The notes under the pieces are model-generated. The model did not search any database. It was not told where the DNA came from and worked only from the letters and a program-made list of their open reading frames with translations. DNA of 64,000 nt from Dehalococcoidia bacterium (lineage in GTDB: Bacteria; Chloroflexota; Dehalococcoidia; UBA2979). Of this stretch, positions 1-9,650 are shown piece after piece. The stretch covers positions 384,001 to 448,000 of the forward strand of contig OZ244720.1 in the NCBI GenBank assembly GCA_965219085.1, written 5' to 3'. Position 1 is the stretch's first letter. Each line of letters opens with the position of its first letter. The translations under genes and the position numbers were made by a program.

Positions 1-171
1 GAGTGCGCGGTCGATGTAGCGCTCGAGGACGAAGTTGACCTGCCGGTCGATGGTGACGACGTGGAGCGCCCCGGTAGTGTCAGCGGGCGCGCAGGCGGCG
101 GCGAGCGCGGCGAGGACGAGCAGCGGGGCGGACAGGAGTGCGAGTGAGCGCCGCGGAACCGAGCGAGCCAT
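1..171 (-). CDS. NfeD-like membrane protease, N-terminal part (runs off window)
   Basis: Manual translation MARSVPRRSLALLSAPLLVLAALAAACAPADTTGALHVVTIDRQVNFVLERYIDRAL: lipobox-like LAAAC followed by a segment resembling the NfeD N-terminus. Confidence 0.55.
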   Translation of the reverse strand, partial: MARSVPRRSLALLSAPLLVLAALAAACAPADTTGALHVVTIDRQVNFVLERYIDRAL

Positions 172-228
172 CGGAGCCTCCGTGGCGGCGTCGACCGCCG
201 CTACCACGATAACCCGGACGCGCCGGCG

Positions 229-260
229 TCAGAGTTCGCGCGCGATATCCGTCACGGCCG
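229..260 (-). repeat. Degenerate copy of the 3' end of the trkA-like gene
   Basis: tcagagttcgcgcgcgatatcc--gtcacggccg vs tcagagttcgcgtgcgagatcctcgtcgcggccg at 387-420. Confidence 0.65.
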
Positions 261-279
261 AGGGCGCGGGTTCTACAAC

Positions 280-322
280 AAAATACCCGCCAGTGCGGTT
301 CCCGAAAGAACCGGACGGCGGG
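280..322 (-). terminator. Probable intrinsic terminator of the ktr/trk operon
   Basis: Minus strand CCCGCCGTCCGGTTC-TTTCGG-GAACCGCACTGGCGGG followed by TATTTT. Confidence 0.6.
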
Positions 323-386
323 GAACATTGGGGCTCTCGCCCGCCGCGAGTGTCGCACGCGGCGGCCCATAGTCAAGCGCCACCCG

Positions 387-1019
387 TCAGAGTTCGCGTG
401 CGAGATCCTCGTCGCGGCCGGCGAAGACCAGGGCGTCGCCGGGCCCGATCACGCGGTCGCGGACAGGGTTCAGCTCGATCCGGCCGTCGCGCACGACGAT
501 CAGCAGCCGCCGCGTCGTGTCGCCCTCATCGAGGGCGCTCACGGTCTGCCCGTGCAGGTGCGGCGGCGCCGGGTAGACGCCGATGCCGTAGTCCGCGCTG
601 AGCGAGAGGTAGTCGCGCGCGCCGATCACGCGCAGCAGGTGGGCGAAGCGCTCGCCGCCCTCCTGCTCCGGCTGCACCACGCGGCTGACGCCGATGCGTT
701 CGAGGATCGAGGCGTGGAGGTCTGTAGAGGCCTTGGCGTAGACCGCCTCGACACCCAGCGCCTGCACGTTCATCGCCGCGAGCACGCTCGCTTCGAGCAC
801 GCCCGTGGCGACGACGGCCGCGTCCATGCCGCCGACGCCGAGGTCACGCAGGGCCAGCTCGTCGGTGATGTCGGCGACGGCCGCCTTCGTGCAGTGCGGC
901 GCTGTCCGCTGCACGCGGCCCTCGTTGCTGTCGACCGCGAGCACCTCGTGGTCGAGGTTGCCGAGTTCGCGGACGAGCTGCGAGCCGAAGCGGCCCAGCC
1001 CGAGCACGGCGATCTGCAT
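387..1019 (-). CDS. ktrA: TrkA/KtrA-family K+ uptake regulatory (RCK) subunit
   Basis: MQIAVLGLGRFG Rossmann motif, TrkA-N and TrkA-C; downstream of a TrkH gene; ATG at 1019. Confidence 0.9.
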   Translation of the reverse strand: MQIAVLGLGRFGSQLVRELGNLDHEVLAVDSNEGRVQRTAPHCTKAAVADITDELALRDLGVGGMDAAVVATGVLEASVLAAMNVQALGVEAVYAKASTDLHASILERIGVSRVVQPEQEGGERFAHLLRVIGARDYLSLSADYGIGVYPAPPHLHGQTVSALDEGDTTRRLLIVVRDGRIELNPVRDRVIGPGDALVFAGRDEDLAREL

Positions 1020-1045
1020 GGTGCGCTCCTCTCGCTGCGGCCCGG

Positions 1046-2449
1046 CTACCCGATCCGCACCTGCCCGTGCGCGTAACGGTAGCGCTCCTGCGGGCGGTCG
1101 GGGATCGAGAACGCCACGATCATCGGCCCGAGACGCCCGATGAACATCAGGATGGTCGCAAGAACCACGCTCGGGGTAGACAGATCCGGGGTGATGCCGA
1201 GCGTCCAGCCGATGTTGGCGAGAGCAGACATGGTCTCGAATAGCACGGGCAGCAGCGGCCGGTCCTCGAGCAGCAGCATCACCCACACGCCGAGGCCGAG
1301 GAAGAGCACGCCCAACGACGTGACCGCGACCGCGCGCAGCACGATCGCCTGCGGGATCTCGCGGCCGAACGCCTGGGCGCTGTGACGTCCTCGCAGCGCG
1401 GAGATCATGGCGAGGATGGTGATCATGAAGGAGCCGACCTTGATCCCGCTCGCGCTGGACGTCGAGGCGCCGCCGATGAACATCATCGGCAGGAGCAACG
1501 TGATGCTCGACACGTGCAGCGTCCCAATGTCCACGGTGGTCATGCCGGTGGTCCGATTGGCGGCCATGAAGAACACGTTCGCGAACGCGTGGACCGGGGT
1601 GAGCTCGCTGATCGGGTCGTGCTCGATCCACTCGGAGACCGCGAACATCAGCATCCCGACCACCTGTAGCGACACCATCCCGATCACGACGAGCCGCGTG
1701 TCGAGCGCCCAGCGCCGCGGGCGGCTACGCAGGTTCAAGACGGTGACGAACGAGAGCGCGCCGATGAACGTCGAGACGCCCATCACGACGATCGGATAAG
1801 GCTCGTCGATCTGCCCGGTGAAGCTGCGCGTCCCGCCCATGAGGTCAAAACCGGCGCAGTTGGCCGCGGAGAGCGCGTGGAAGAAGGCGTGCCACACCGC
1901 GGTCGCCGGGTCCGACTTCGTGAGCGACCACGGGAGCAGCAGCAGGAACGTCGTGACCTCGAGCGTGAGCATGAACAGTGCGGCGCGGCGCATCAGGCGT
2001 CGCACGTCGCGATCGCCGTCGCCGATCAGCTCGATGCCGAAGAAGTCGCGGCCGCCCAGGCCGAACTGGCCGCCGACGAGCAGGATGAGCATGCCGGCGT
2101 AGATGGTCACGCCAAGACCACCGAGCTGGATCAGGGCGAGGATCACGGCCTCGCCGAAGAGGCTGAAGTGCTCGGCCGTGTCGAAGCGGACGAGCCCGGT
2201 GACGCACAGCGCGGATGTCGAGGTGAAGAGCGCATCCCAGCCGTTGGTCCACTCGCGCGACTCGGACGCGATGGGCAGCGCGAGCAGCAGCGCGCCGACG
2301 GCGATCAGCAGCGCGAACGCCCCCGGCACCATCCACGGCCGCGGGCGGAAGCGGCGGCGGCGGGTGAGCGAGACGCGCACCGTCTCCGGGCGCTGGCGGC
2401 GACGCCGAACGACGACGTTGCCGGGGAGCCGCTGACCGAGTCGTTGCAT
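1046..2449 (-). CDS. ktrB: TrkH/KtrB-family K+ transporter
   Basis: SALCVTGL, MFIGGASTSSASGIKV, FETMSALANIG, MFIGRLGP motifs. Confidence 0.92.
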   Translation of the reverse strand: MQRLGQRLPGNVVVRRRRQRPETVRVSLTRRRRFRPRPWMVPGAFALLIAVGALLLALPIASESREWTNGWDALFTSTSALCVTGLVRFDTAEHFSLFGEAVILALIQLGGLGVTIYAGMLILLVGGQFGLGGRDFFGIELIGDGDRDVRRLMRRAALFMLTLEVTTFLLLLPWSLTKSDPATAVWHAFFHALSAANCAGFDLMGGTRSFTGQIDEPYPIVVMGVSTFIGALSFVTVLNLRSRPRRWALDTRLVVIGMVSLQVVGMLMFAVSEWIEHDPISELTPVHAFANVFFMAANRTTGMTTVDIGTLHVSSITLLLPMMFIGGASTSSASGIKVGSFMITILAMISALRGRHSAQAFGREIPQAIVLRAVAVTSLGVLFLGLGVWVMLLLEDRPLLPVLFETMSALANIGWTLGITPDLSTPSVVLATILMFIGRLGPMIVAFSIPDRPQERYRYAHGQVRIG

Positions 2450-2573
2450 CCCAGCCTCGCGTAGACCCGCCGTAAGACAGCCTACGCCCGCGCCGGACCG
2501 CGCGCAGCACGTATCCCCGCTCCAGGCGGCGCCACGGACGACGTCGTGTGAGCGGCAGCCCGGCGGGCTCGAA

Positions 2574-2753
2574 CTACTGCACGGTCACCGTCGTCGCTGC
2601 CACCGGCTTGCCGTTGCGCGCGTAGCCCTGGTGGGTGTTCGCGTTGAGCGTCACGCGCACCTCGTGCTCCCCGGGCGTGAGCCCGCCGAGGAAGAACCAC
2701 GGGCCGTAGACGCGGCCGATCTTCGCGCCGTCGACGTAGATGTGGGCGTGACC
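2574..2753 (-). pseudogene. Orphan 3' fragment of an exported GHAH-motif protein gene
   Basis: Translates GHAHIYVDGAKIGRVYGPWFFLGGLTPGEHEVRVTLNANTHQGYARNGKPVAATTVTVQ*; no upstream start; follows the TAG of the 2754-3008 ORF in frame. Confidence 0.65.
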
Positions 2754-3008
2754 CTAGATGAGGCGTACCAGGACGGCCGCAGCGCCGAGGGCAACGCTCA
2801 TCCCAACACTGGCGAGAGCAAGCGCGTACCCGAAGAACCAGCGGAAGTTGTGGATGTCGCGCTCGACGGAACTGAGCCGCTGCTCGACATTCCGCAGCCG
2901 TCCGTCCATCGCGTCGAGCCGTGCGTCGAGACGCGACTCGACACCTGCGAGTTGGGTCTGCAGCGTCTGGATGGAGGCCTGGAGTATCTCGAACTGCGAG
3001 TCGGTCAC
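2754..3008 (-). CDS. Small coiled-coil protein with C-terminal TM helix
   Basis: Heptad pattern followed by hydrophobic tail; GGAG RBS before GTG. Confidence 0.7.
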   Translation of the reverse strand: MTDSQFEILQASIQTLQTQLAGVESRLDARLDAMDGRLRNVEQRLSSVERDIHNFRWFFGYALALASVGMSVALGAAAVLVRLI

Positions 3009-3192
3009 ATGGTCTCCTGGCTACTGCGTCCCGGGGCGAGCGCCATGCGCATTCAGCAGCGACGAGTGGTGGGGTAGACCGGTTGCGCGACAATCATACG
3101 CCCTCGGAGAGCGCGCAGCGCATCAAATATTGGATATCACAAAGGTGTGCCAACAGCTCTCGTATACTCGGAGGGACGCGGGGAGGACCGGC

Positions 3193-4017
3193 ATGTTCAG
3201 GACGATCGGACACACCTTCGAGTTGATGAAGATGAGCTGGCGCGTGCTCATGCTGGACCGCGAGCTGATCCTGTTCCCGATCATGTCGGGCATCGCGCTG
3301 CTGGTGCTCGTGGGGGCGATGCTCGGGATCGGCGGGGCGACGGGAACCCTCGACCGCGTCAGCGAGGGGTCGTCCGAGTCGGTCGGGGCCGTCGACGCCA
3401 TCCTCGGGGCGGGGTTCGTCTTCGTCTCCTCGGCGATCGTGATCTTCTTCAACGCGGCGCTCATCGCCGCCGCCCTGGAACGGCTGCGGGGCGGCGACCC
3501 GAACATCGGCTCGGGCCTGCGGGCCGCGAGCGCGCGCCTGCCGCAGATCCTCGCGTGGGCGCTGATCACGGTGATCGTCTCGCTGATCCTGCAGGCGCTG
3601 CGCGAGCGCGGCGGTATCGCCGGGAGCATCGCGTCGATGATCGGCGGCGTGGCGTGGGGCCTCGCGACGTTCTTCGTGATCCCCGTGCTGGTGTCCGAGG
3701 GCGTCGGGCCGATCGAGGGGATCAAGCGCTCGGCCGGGCTGCTGGGGCAGACGTGGGGACGCCAGGTGACGGCCAACTTCGGCTTCATGATCGTGGGGCT
3801 GCTCGGGGTCCTCGTGGCGATCGTGCCGGCAGCGCTGCTCTTCTTCGTGCACCCGCTGCTCGGCATCGCCGTCGGCGTGCCGCTGGTGGCGCTGGCGATC
3901 GGCACCGTGCAGGCGCTCGAGGGCATCTTCAAGGCCGCGCTCTACGACTACGCGCGCGGCGAGCAGCCCCACGGCTTCGACCGCGACACTCTGGCGGGCG
4001 CCTACCGCTCGATGTAG
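3193..4017 (+). CDS. DUF6159-like membrane protein
   Basis: MFRTIGHTFELMKMSWRVLMLDRELILFP, multiple TM segments, GGAGG RBS. Confidence 0.75.
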   Translation: MFRTIGHTFELMKMSWRVLMLDRELILFPIMSGIALLVLVGAMLGIGGATGTLDRVSEGSSESVGAVDAILGAGFVFVSSAIVIFFNAALIAAALERLRGGDPNIGSGLRAASARLPQILAWALITVIVSLILQALRERGGIAGSIASMIGGVAWGLATFFVIPVLVSEGVGPIEGIKRSAGLLGQTWGRQVTANFGFMIVGLLGVLVAIVPAALLFFVHPLLGIAVGVPLVALAIGTVQALEGIFKAALYDYARGEQPHGFDRDTLAGAYRSM

Positions 4018-4053
4018 CCCTCGACGCGCCTCGTGGCGCCCGTCAGTCGGGCG

Positions 4054-4533
4054 TCAGCTGCCCGGGATCAGGTCGCGCGTGAGTTCGGCGTGCCCGAGGT
4101 GGGTCGCGACGTGGGTGGCGGTGGCGATCAGCAGTTGCCGCCCGCTCTCCGGCCCGCGTATCGGGTGCTCGTGGTTCGCGAGCAGCGCGGTCGCCGGGAG
4201 ACGCGAGAGCGACGCCGGGATGCGCTCGCGCAGCGATGCCCAGCGTGCCTCGAGCGCCTCGGAGGTCGGCCCCGACGACGCGAACTCCGCCTCGCGGTCA
4301 CGCTCGCCGGGCTCGCCGCACAGCATGAACAGCGTCGCCTGCTCCGCAACGCCGAGGGCGTGCGAGGCGAGGATGTAGAGGCTGTTGGCGCCCTCGGCGG
4401 CGTGGGGGCCGGTCGTCGGTCGCCAGTTGAGCCGGTCGCCGTCGAGGCCGCTCGTGAGGCCCACGAGCTGGTCGAGCGCGCTTTGCAGCTGCCCCCAGGC
4501 GGTCTCGATCTCGTCGCTGGCGAAGTCCGGCAT
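4054..4533 (-). CDS. DinB/DUF664-family protein
   Basis: ANSLYILASH...HVATHLGHAELTRD His pattern. Confidence 0.85.
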   Translation of the reverse strand: MPDFASDEIETAWGQLQSALDQLVGLTSGLDGDRLNWRPTTGPHAAEGANSLYILASHALGVAEQATLFMLCGEPGERDREAEFASSGPTSEALEARWASLRERIPASLSRLPATALLANHEHPIRGPESGRQLLIATATHVATHLGHAELTRDLIPGS

Positions 4534-4544
4534 GGTCGATTCCT

Positions 4545-4650
4545 TACGCGGGGATGCGCCGCTGCCTGGCCTCTACGCGGGGATACCCCGCTGTCCTCCT
4601 CTACGCGGGGATACCCCGCCGGCTTTCCTCGACGCGGGGATACCCCGCTG
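4545..4650. repeat. Four tandem 28-29 bp units containing the hairpin GCGGGG-ATA-CCCCGC
   Basis: ACGCGGGGAT at 4546, 4575, 4603, 4632; first unit degenerate. Confidence 0.9.
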
Positions 4651-4690
4651 GCTCCCTGTACGCCCCTCAGCAGTCTAGTAGCATGTCCCC

Positions 4691-4885
4691 ATGCCGATCG
4701 CGCGCTGTCAGTTCTGCACTGCCCAGCCTCTCGAAGAGGTCGCCGTCTCGCGGTGGCGCGACGATCCTGATGATCGCGAACGGCTCACCATCGAGCTGTG
4801 CCGGAAACACCTCCGCCGGCTGCGCAAAGCGCCGGCCGCCGGCTTCGCCCACCGGGGCCTGCGCTACAGCGCCGGGTTCTGGTAG
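4691..4885 (+). CDS. Small putative zinc-binding protein (CxxC...CxxH), 64 aa
   Basis: CQFC and CRKH; TAGCAT -10-like hexamer 6 nt before ATG (leaderless-like). Confidence 0.6.
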   Translation: MPIARCQFCTAQPLEEVAVSRWRDDPDDRERLTIELCRKHLRRLRKAPAAGFAHRGLRYSAGFW

Positions 4886-5039
4886 CGCACCACTCGCACA
4901 ACCTCGATCGAGCCCGACCGAGCGGTGGGGCGCCCTTCCCCATCCTGCTCCCAGCTCGCTCACAGCCGTCCATACTGCACGTGGAATCCGCACGATTCGC
5001 GGCGCGCGGGCAGCGCGCGGGAAGGGATCGAGGTGGCGC

Positions 5040-6320
5040 ATGCCAGGACCACTCGCGGGAATCAAGGTCTTCGAGGTCTCGCAGATCTACGCGGGACCCT
5101 ACGCCGGCCAGACGCTCGCCGACCTCGGCGCGGACGTGGTGAAGTGCGAGCCTCCGGGCGGCGAGGCCGTCCGGCTCTGGGCCCAGTTCGCGCCAGGGGA
5201 GAGCAAGGACTTCCACACGCTCAATCGTGGCAAGCGCAGCCTCGTCCTGGATCTTGGGACCGAGGCGGGCCAGGCCGCCGTCCACCGGCTCATCCCGGAC
5301 TTCGACGTCTTCCTGATCAACGCTCGGCCCGGCGTGCCGCAGCGCCTGAACATCGACTACGACACGCTGATCCAGCACCGCCCGGACCTCATCTACGTCG
5401 AGAACAGCGGGTTCGGCGACCGCGGGCCGAGCGCGACGCGCTCCGGCTCGGACGTCATCGCGCAGGCCTACAGCGGGCTGATGGCAGCCGACGGCAAGAT
5501 CGACGAATACGGCGCGCCGGAGTTCATCACCGCGAGCGCGTTTGCCGACTACCACGCCGGACTCGGCGCGGCGCTGGGCGTCGTGGCTGCGATCTACCAT
5601 CGGACGCAGAGCGGCGAGGGCCAGCGCATCTCGAGTTCCCTGCTGTCCGCCAGTCTCAACCTCGCGAGCCCCTTCGTGAGCAAGGTGCCGGTGTTCGACG
5701 CGATGGTGACGGACGTGGTGATGGCCCGCGTCCAGGAGGCGCGCAGCCGGGGTGCGAGCTACCGCGAACAGCTCGCCGCCAAGGGCGACCTGTTCGAGAC
5801 GTTTGGTAAGGCAGCCCGGCTCTACTACGGCGGGTACAACGCGAAGGACGGCGCGGTCATCCTCGGCGCGCTCACGCCCGCCAACCAGGACCAGTTCCGG
5901 CGCGCCCTCGGCGTCGAGGACGACCCGACGGCCGCCGAGGACTTCAATGCGCTCGACCCAGAGAGCGACGCGGTTGCCGAGGAGATGCTGGAGCGCATCC
6001 GCAACATCATGCTGACGAAGACGGTGGACGAGTGGCTCGAGATCTTCGACGCCGTCGGTGCGCCGGCCTCGAGCGTCCACTTCGCCGAGGAGCTGGCGGA
6101 CGACCCGCAAGTGGAGGCGATGGGCTACATGCTGGACCTGGAGCACGAGTTGACGGGTCCGGAGCGCATGGTCGGTCCGATCGTCCAGATGTCGAAGACG
6201 CCGACAGGCACGGACAGAGCCTCACCGCCCCTCGGTCGTCACACCGAGGAGCTCCTACGCGAGCACGGCTACAGCGACACGGAGATCGCCGAGCTGCGAG
6301 CAGCAGGCGGAACCGACTAG
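5040..6320 (+). CDS. CaiB/BaiF (family III) CoA-transferase
   Basis: GPLAGIKV, AGPY, DLGADVVKCEPPGG, NRGKRS, ADYHAG; paralog of 57517-58800. Confidence 0.93.
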   Translation: MPGPLAGIKVFEVSQIYAGPYAGQTLADLGADVVKCEPPGGEAVRLWAQFAPGESKDFHTLNRGKRSLVLDLGTEAGQAAVHRLIPDFDVFLINARPGVPQRLNIDYDTLIQHRPDLIYVENSGFGDRGPSATRSGSDVIAQAYSGLMAADGKIDEYGAPEFITASAFADYHAGLGAALGVVAAIYHRTQSGEGQRISSSLLSASLNLASPFVSKVPVFDAMVTDVVMARVQEARSRGASYREQLAAKGDLFETFGKAARLYYGGYNAKDGAVILGALTPANQDQFRRALGVEDDPTAAEDFNALDPESDAVAEEMLERIRNIMLTKTVDEWLEIFDAVGAPASSVHFAEELADDPQVEAMGYMLDLEHELTGPERMVGPIVQMSKTPTGTDRASPPLGRHTEELLREHGYSDTEIAELRAAGGTD

Positions 6321-7198
6321 CGAGCGGCCGAGGGCTCGCGAGCGGCGTCGGCAGGCTCCTCGCCGGGCCCCTCGTCTGCCGCGACGCGGCCGAGCAGCAG
6401 GGCGAGCGGCGAACGGCCGACGCCGATCTCGCGGCGCTCGAAGGCGGCGAGGGCGAGCGCGGCGCAGGCCAGCGCTGCGACGAGCAGCACGGCCTGGTGC
6501 CACCACACGACGCCCTCGGTCAGCACGCGCTGGGCGTCGGCGTAGTGGTAGGGGGTCAGGAAGTGTAGCCAGTCGAGCGAGGTGACGAGGTCGGCAGTGA
6601 TGTTCAGCGCGTAGGCCACGAAGGCGCCGGCTGTCATCAGCGCCGCCGCCCGTCCGCGCGTCGGCGTGAGGGTGGCGGCGAGGACCGTCGCCGCGAGCGC
6701 GAACCACGTGAACGGCAGCAGCGAGAAGGGTGCGATCGCCAGCTCACCCGCGGTCACCGCGCCCTTGAGATCGACCCACGGGGCCGTGAGCAGGAAGCCG
6801 AGCCCGGCGAGCGCGAGGATCCCTACTACGGCGATCGCGACGCCGGCGAGCTTGCCGAGGAACAGCGCCCGACGCGTGAGCGGCTGCGAGAGCAGCAGCT
6901 CGAGGGTGCCCGCACCCTCCTCGCCAGCCAGCAGCGCGCCGCCGGCGATGATCGCAAAGACTGTCATGAGCACCGGTGACCACGTGAAGAACTCGACCTG
7001 GAAGAACTGGCGCGGGTCCGAGAGGTCCTGGATCTCCCCGAAGCCGATGTTCTCCATCTCGACGCCCTCGAACTGCGCGGCGATGGCGGGGTAGAGCAGC
7101 ACGAGCATCGCGGCCAGGCCCGCGAGGCCCAGGCCCCAGCCGACGACCTGCCAGCGCAGGTCGCGCAGCGTCTTGCGCACGATCGTGCGGTCAGGCAC
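6317..7198 (-). CDS. ABC-2 type permease
   Basis: AGEEGAGTLELLLSQPLTR motif, TM helices, coupled to ATPase gene. Confidence 0.88.
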   Translation of the reverse strand: MPDRTIVRKTLRDLRWQVVGWGLGLAGLAAMLVLLYPAIAAQFEGVEMENIGFGEIQDLSDPRQFFQVEFFTWSPVLMTVFAIIAGGALLAGEEGAGTLELLLSQPLTRRALFLGKLAGVAIAVVGILALAGLGFLLTAPWVDLKGAVTAGELAIAPFSLLPFTWFALAATVLAATLTPTRGRAAALMTAGAFVAYALNITADLVTSLDWLHFLTPYHYADAQRVLTEGVVWWHQAVLLVAALACAALALAAFERREIGVGRSPLALLLGRVAADEGPGEEPADAAREPSAAR

Positions 7199-8105
7199 GT
7201 GACACCGCCCCGGAAGGCTCCTCGTAGTACGACAGGAAGAGCTCCTCGAGCGTGACCTCGTGGGTTTCGAGGGTCTGCACGCGGTGCGTGGCGAGCGCCT
7301 GGATCAGCGCGTGCATCGCGTCGTGCGTCTCGAACACGGCGTCTCGGCCCTCCAGCGAGACGAGGCGCACGCCGGGCAGCCGCTCGAACGCCGAGGGCGG
7401 CGGGGCCTCCTCGAACGTCACGGACACGCAGCGCGGCGCGAGGCGGCGTTGCTCGGCGAGGTCGCTGACGGCGACGATGCGGCCCTCGCGCAGCATTGCC
7501 ACACGGCGCGCGAGCTGCTCCACCTCGGCGAGGACGTGCGACGAGAAGAAGACGGTGCGCCCCTCGGCGACCGCCTCGCGCAGGATCGCCTCGACCTCCT
7601 CCTGCACGAGCGGGTCGAGGGCGTTCGTCGGCTCGTCCAGCACGAGCACGTCGGGCTTCGCCATGAGCGCGATCACGAGGCCGGCCTTCTGGTAGTTGCC
7701 GCGCGACAGGTCGCCGACGCGGCGGTCGCGGTCGAGGCGCAGCCGATCGACGAGCTCCTCGCGGTAGCGCCGGTCGACGCCGCCGCGCAGCGATGCGACG
7801 AGGTCGAGGCAGGCGTCGACGGAGAGCGAGTCGTAGAGCGCGAGGTCGCCGGGGAGGTAGCCGCAGCGGCGGCGCACCTCGATCGAGTCGCGCTGGGCGT
7901 CGAGGCCGAGCACCTCGGCGCGGCCGGCGTTGGGGCGGATCAGGTCCATGAGGACGCGGATGGCGGTGGTCTTGCCAGCGCCGTTGGGGCCGAGGAAGCC
8001 GAACACCTCGCCGCGCGGCACGTCGAGGTCGATGCCGTCGAGGGCGCGCACGTCGCCGTACGACTTCACGAGGCCCTCGAAGCGGATTGCCGGTGTGTCG
8101 CTCAT
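7191..8105 (-). CDS. ABC transporter ATP-binding protein
   Basis: GPNGAGKTT, LSRGN, VLDEPT, SSH. Confidence 0.93.
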   Translation of the reverse strand: MSDTPAIRFEGLVKSYGDVRALDGIDLDVPRGEVFGFLGPNGAGKTTAIRVLMDLIRPNAGRAEVLGLDAQRDSIEVRRRCGYLPGDLALYDSLSVDACLDLVASLRGGVDRRYREELVDRLRLDRDRRVGDLSRGNYQKAGLVIALMAKPDVLVLDEPTNALDPLVQEEVEAILREAVAEGRTVFFSSHVLAEVEQLARRVAMLREGRIVAVSDLAEQRRLAPRCVSVTFEEAPPPSAFERLPGVRLVSLEGRDAVFETHDAMHALIQALATHRVQTLETHEVTLEELFLSYYEEPSGAVSRA

Positions 8106-8265
8106 CGCCGTCCCGCAGTCAGCACCCCGTACAGCGTAGCGGACGCAGCACACAGCGCCTCAATCACGTTCGCCTCTGACACGGCGTATCATCGATCTGC
8201 CGGCACACCTTGATCGACCCGGGCCCGGCACAGCTACCCCGCGGCAGATCGGGAAGGGGCACGCC

Positions 8266-9507
8266 ATGAACCACACGTGGGCGCGCATGCGACGTCGAAT
8301 CGGCCTGCTCGTGGCAATGGTCGCCGTCGCAGGCCCGGCAGCGTGCGGGGGAGGGGACGAAGCCGAACCCCTGAAGATCGGCTTCCTCGGGGACTTCTCC
8401 GGCCCGCTGGCCGAGTACGGCGCCGTCATCCAGACCGGCGCGGAGCTCGCCATCAAGCACGTCAACGAGGCCGGTGGCGTCAACGGCAGCGACGTGGTCC
8501 TGGCCGTTGGCGACACGCGCGTGGACCCGGAGCAGGCGATCGCGGAGGCGCGCCGCCTCGTCGACGACGAGGAGGTACACGCCTTCGTCGGGCCGTTCGT
8601 CAGCACGCAAGTCCTCGCCGTGGCCGACAGCGTCAGCAGGCCGGACGGGATTCCGACCATCTCGCCCTCGGCGACCGCGCCGGCGCTGACCGATGCCGGC
8701 GACGACGGTTACCTGTTCCGCACTACCGGCTCCGACGCCGTGCAGGGCATCGTGCTTGCGCGGCTCGTGGAGCGCGAGGGCCATCACAACGTCGGCGTGA
8801 TCTTCCGCGACGACACCTGGGGCCAGGGGCTCTCGGAGGTCTTCGCCGCGAACTTCAGCGGTACCGCGACCCTCGCCTCGTACGCAGCCGAGGGACAGGC
8901 CAGCTACCTCGCCGAACTGCAGCAGGCTGCTGCCAACGGCGCCGAGGTACTGGTGGCGATGGGTTTCTCGGAGACCGCAGCCTTCATCCTCGAGTCGATC
9001 GAACACGACGTCTTCACGCGCTTCATCTTCACCGACGGGAACCGGAGCGAGGACCTGATCGGGCAAATCGGGGCGGGAAACCTCGAAGGCAGCGTGGGTA
9101 CGGCGCCGGGCAGCGACCCCGAGAACGCCTCGACGAAGGCATGGAACGCCGCCTACGTGGCGGAGTACGGCGCGCTGCCGGCGCTCTCGTTCGTGCGCGA
9201 GGCCTACGACGCCGTGATCGCGATTGCCCTCGCCGCCGAGGCCGCCGGTTCAACCGACGGCGCCGCCATCCGCGACCAGCTCGCGCGCATCGCCGGGCCT
9301 CCGGGCGAGGCGTATGTGGCCGGCCCCGAGGGCGTCCGGGCCGCACTCGAGGCGATCCGCGACGGCGGCGACATCAACTACGAGGGTGCGGCAACGCCGA
9401 TCGACTGGAACGCGGCCGGCGACGTGACCTCGGGCTTCATGGAGATCTATGGCTACCGCGACGGCGCGCTCGTGACCATCGAGGTGCAGCCCTTCACCCT
9501 TGAGTAG
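8266..9507 (+). CDS. Branched-chain amino-acid-type ABC substrate-binding lipoprotein
   Basis: PAAC lipobox, LKIGFLGDFSG, YLFRT, DINYEGA. Confidence 0.9.
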   Translation: MNHTWARMRRRIGLLVAMVAVAGPAACGGGDEAEPLKIGFLGDFSGPLAEYGAVIQTGAELAIKHVNEAGGVNGSDVVLAVGDTRVDPEQAIAEARRLVDDEEVHAFVGPFVSTQVLAVADSVSRPDGIPTISPSATAPALTDAGDDGYLFRTTGSDAVQGIVLARLVEREGHHNVGVIFRDDTWGQGLSEVFAANFSGTATLASYAAEGQASYLAELQQAAANGAEVLVAMGFSETAAFILESIEHDVFTRFIFTDGNRSEDLIGQIGAGNLEGSVGTAPGSDPENASTKAWNAAYVAEYGALPALSFVREAYDAVIAIALAAEAAGSTDGAAIRDQLARIAGPPGEAYVAGPEGVRAALEAIRDGGDINYEGAATPIDWNAAGDVTSGFMEIYGYRDGALVTIEVQPFTLE

Positions 9508-9650
9508 TCCAAGGCTGGCCCGGAATGACGGCAGGCCGGAGGTGGCAATCCGGACGTGGCAGTCCGGATGCAGCCCGGAGGCGAAGTGCCGCCCTCGGCG
9601 CGTGCGTGCGATGCTGCACGCGCAGGCGTGAGGGAGCGGCAGGAGCGTCC

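Noticed and set aside
2450-2573. c-di-AMP (ydaO) riboswitch upstream of ktrB
   Set aside because: No recognisable conserved riboswitch motifs in the short upstream region.
4545-4650. CRISPR array (ACGCGGGGAT resembles the 3' half of type I-E repeats)
   Set aside because: Units are nearly head-to-tail with only about 11-12 similar nt between cores; no unique spacers and no cas genes.
9536-9580. Short 14-bp tandem repeat CCGGAnGTGGCAnT
   Set aside because: Only about 2.5 degenerate copies in GC-rich intergenic DNA; not distinguishable from slippage.
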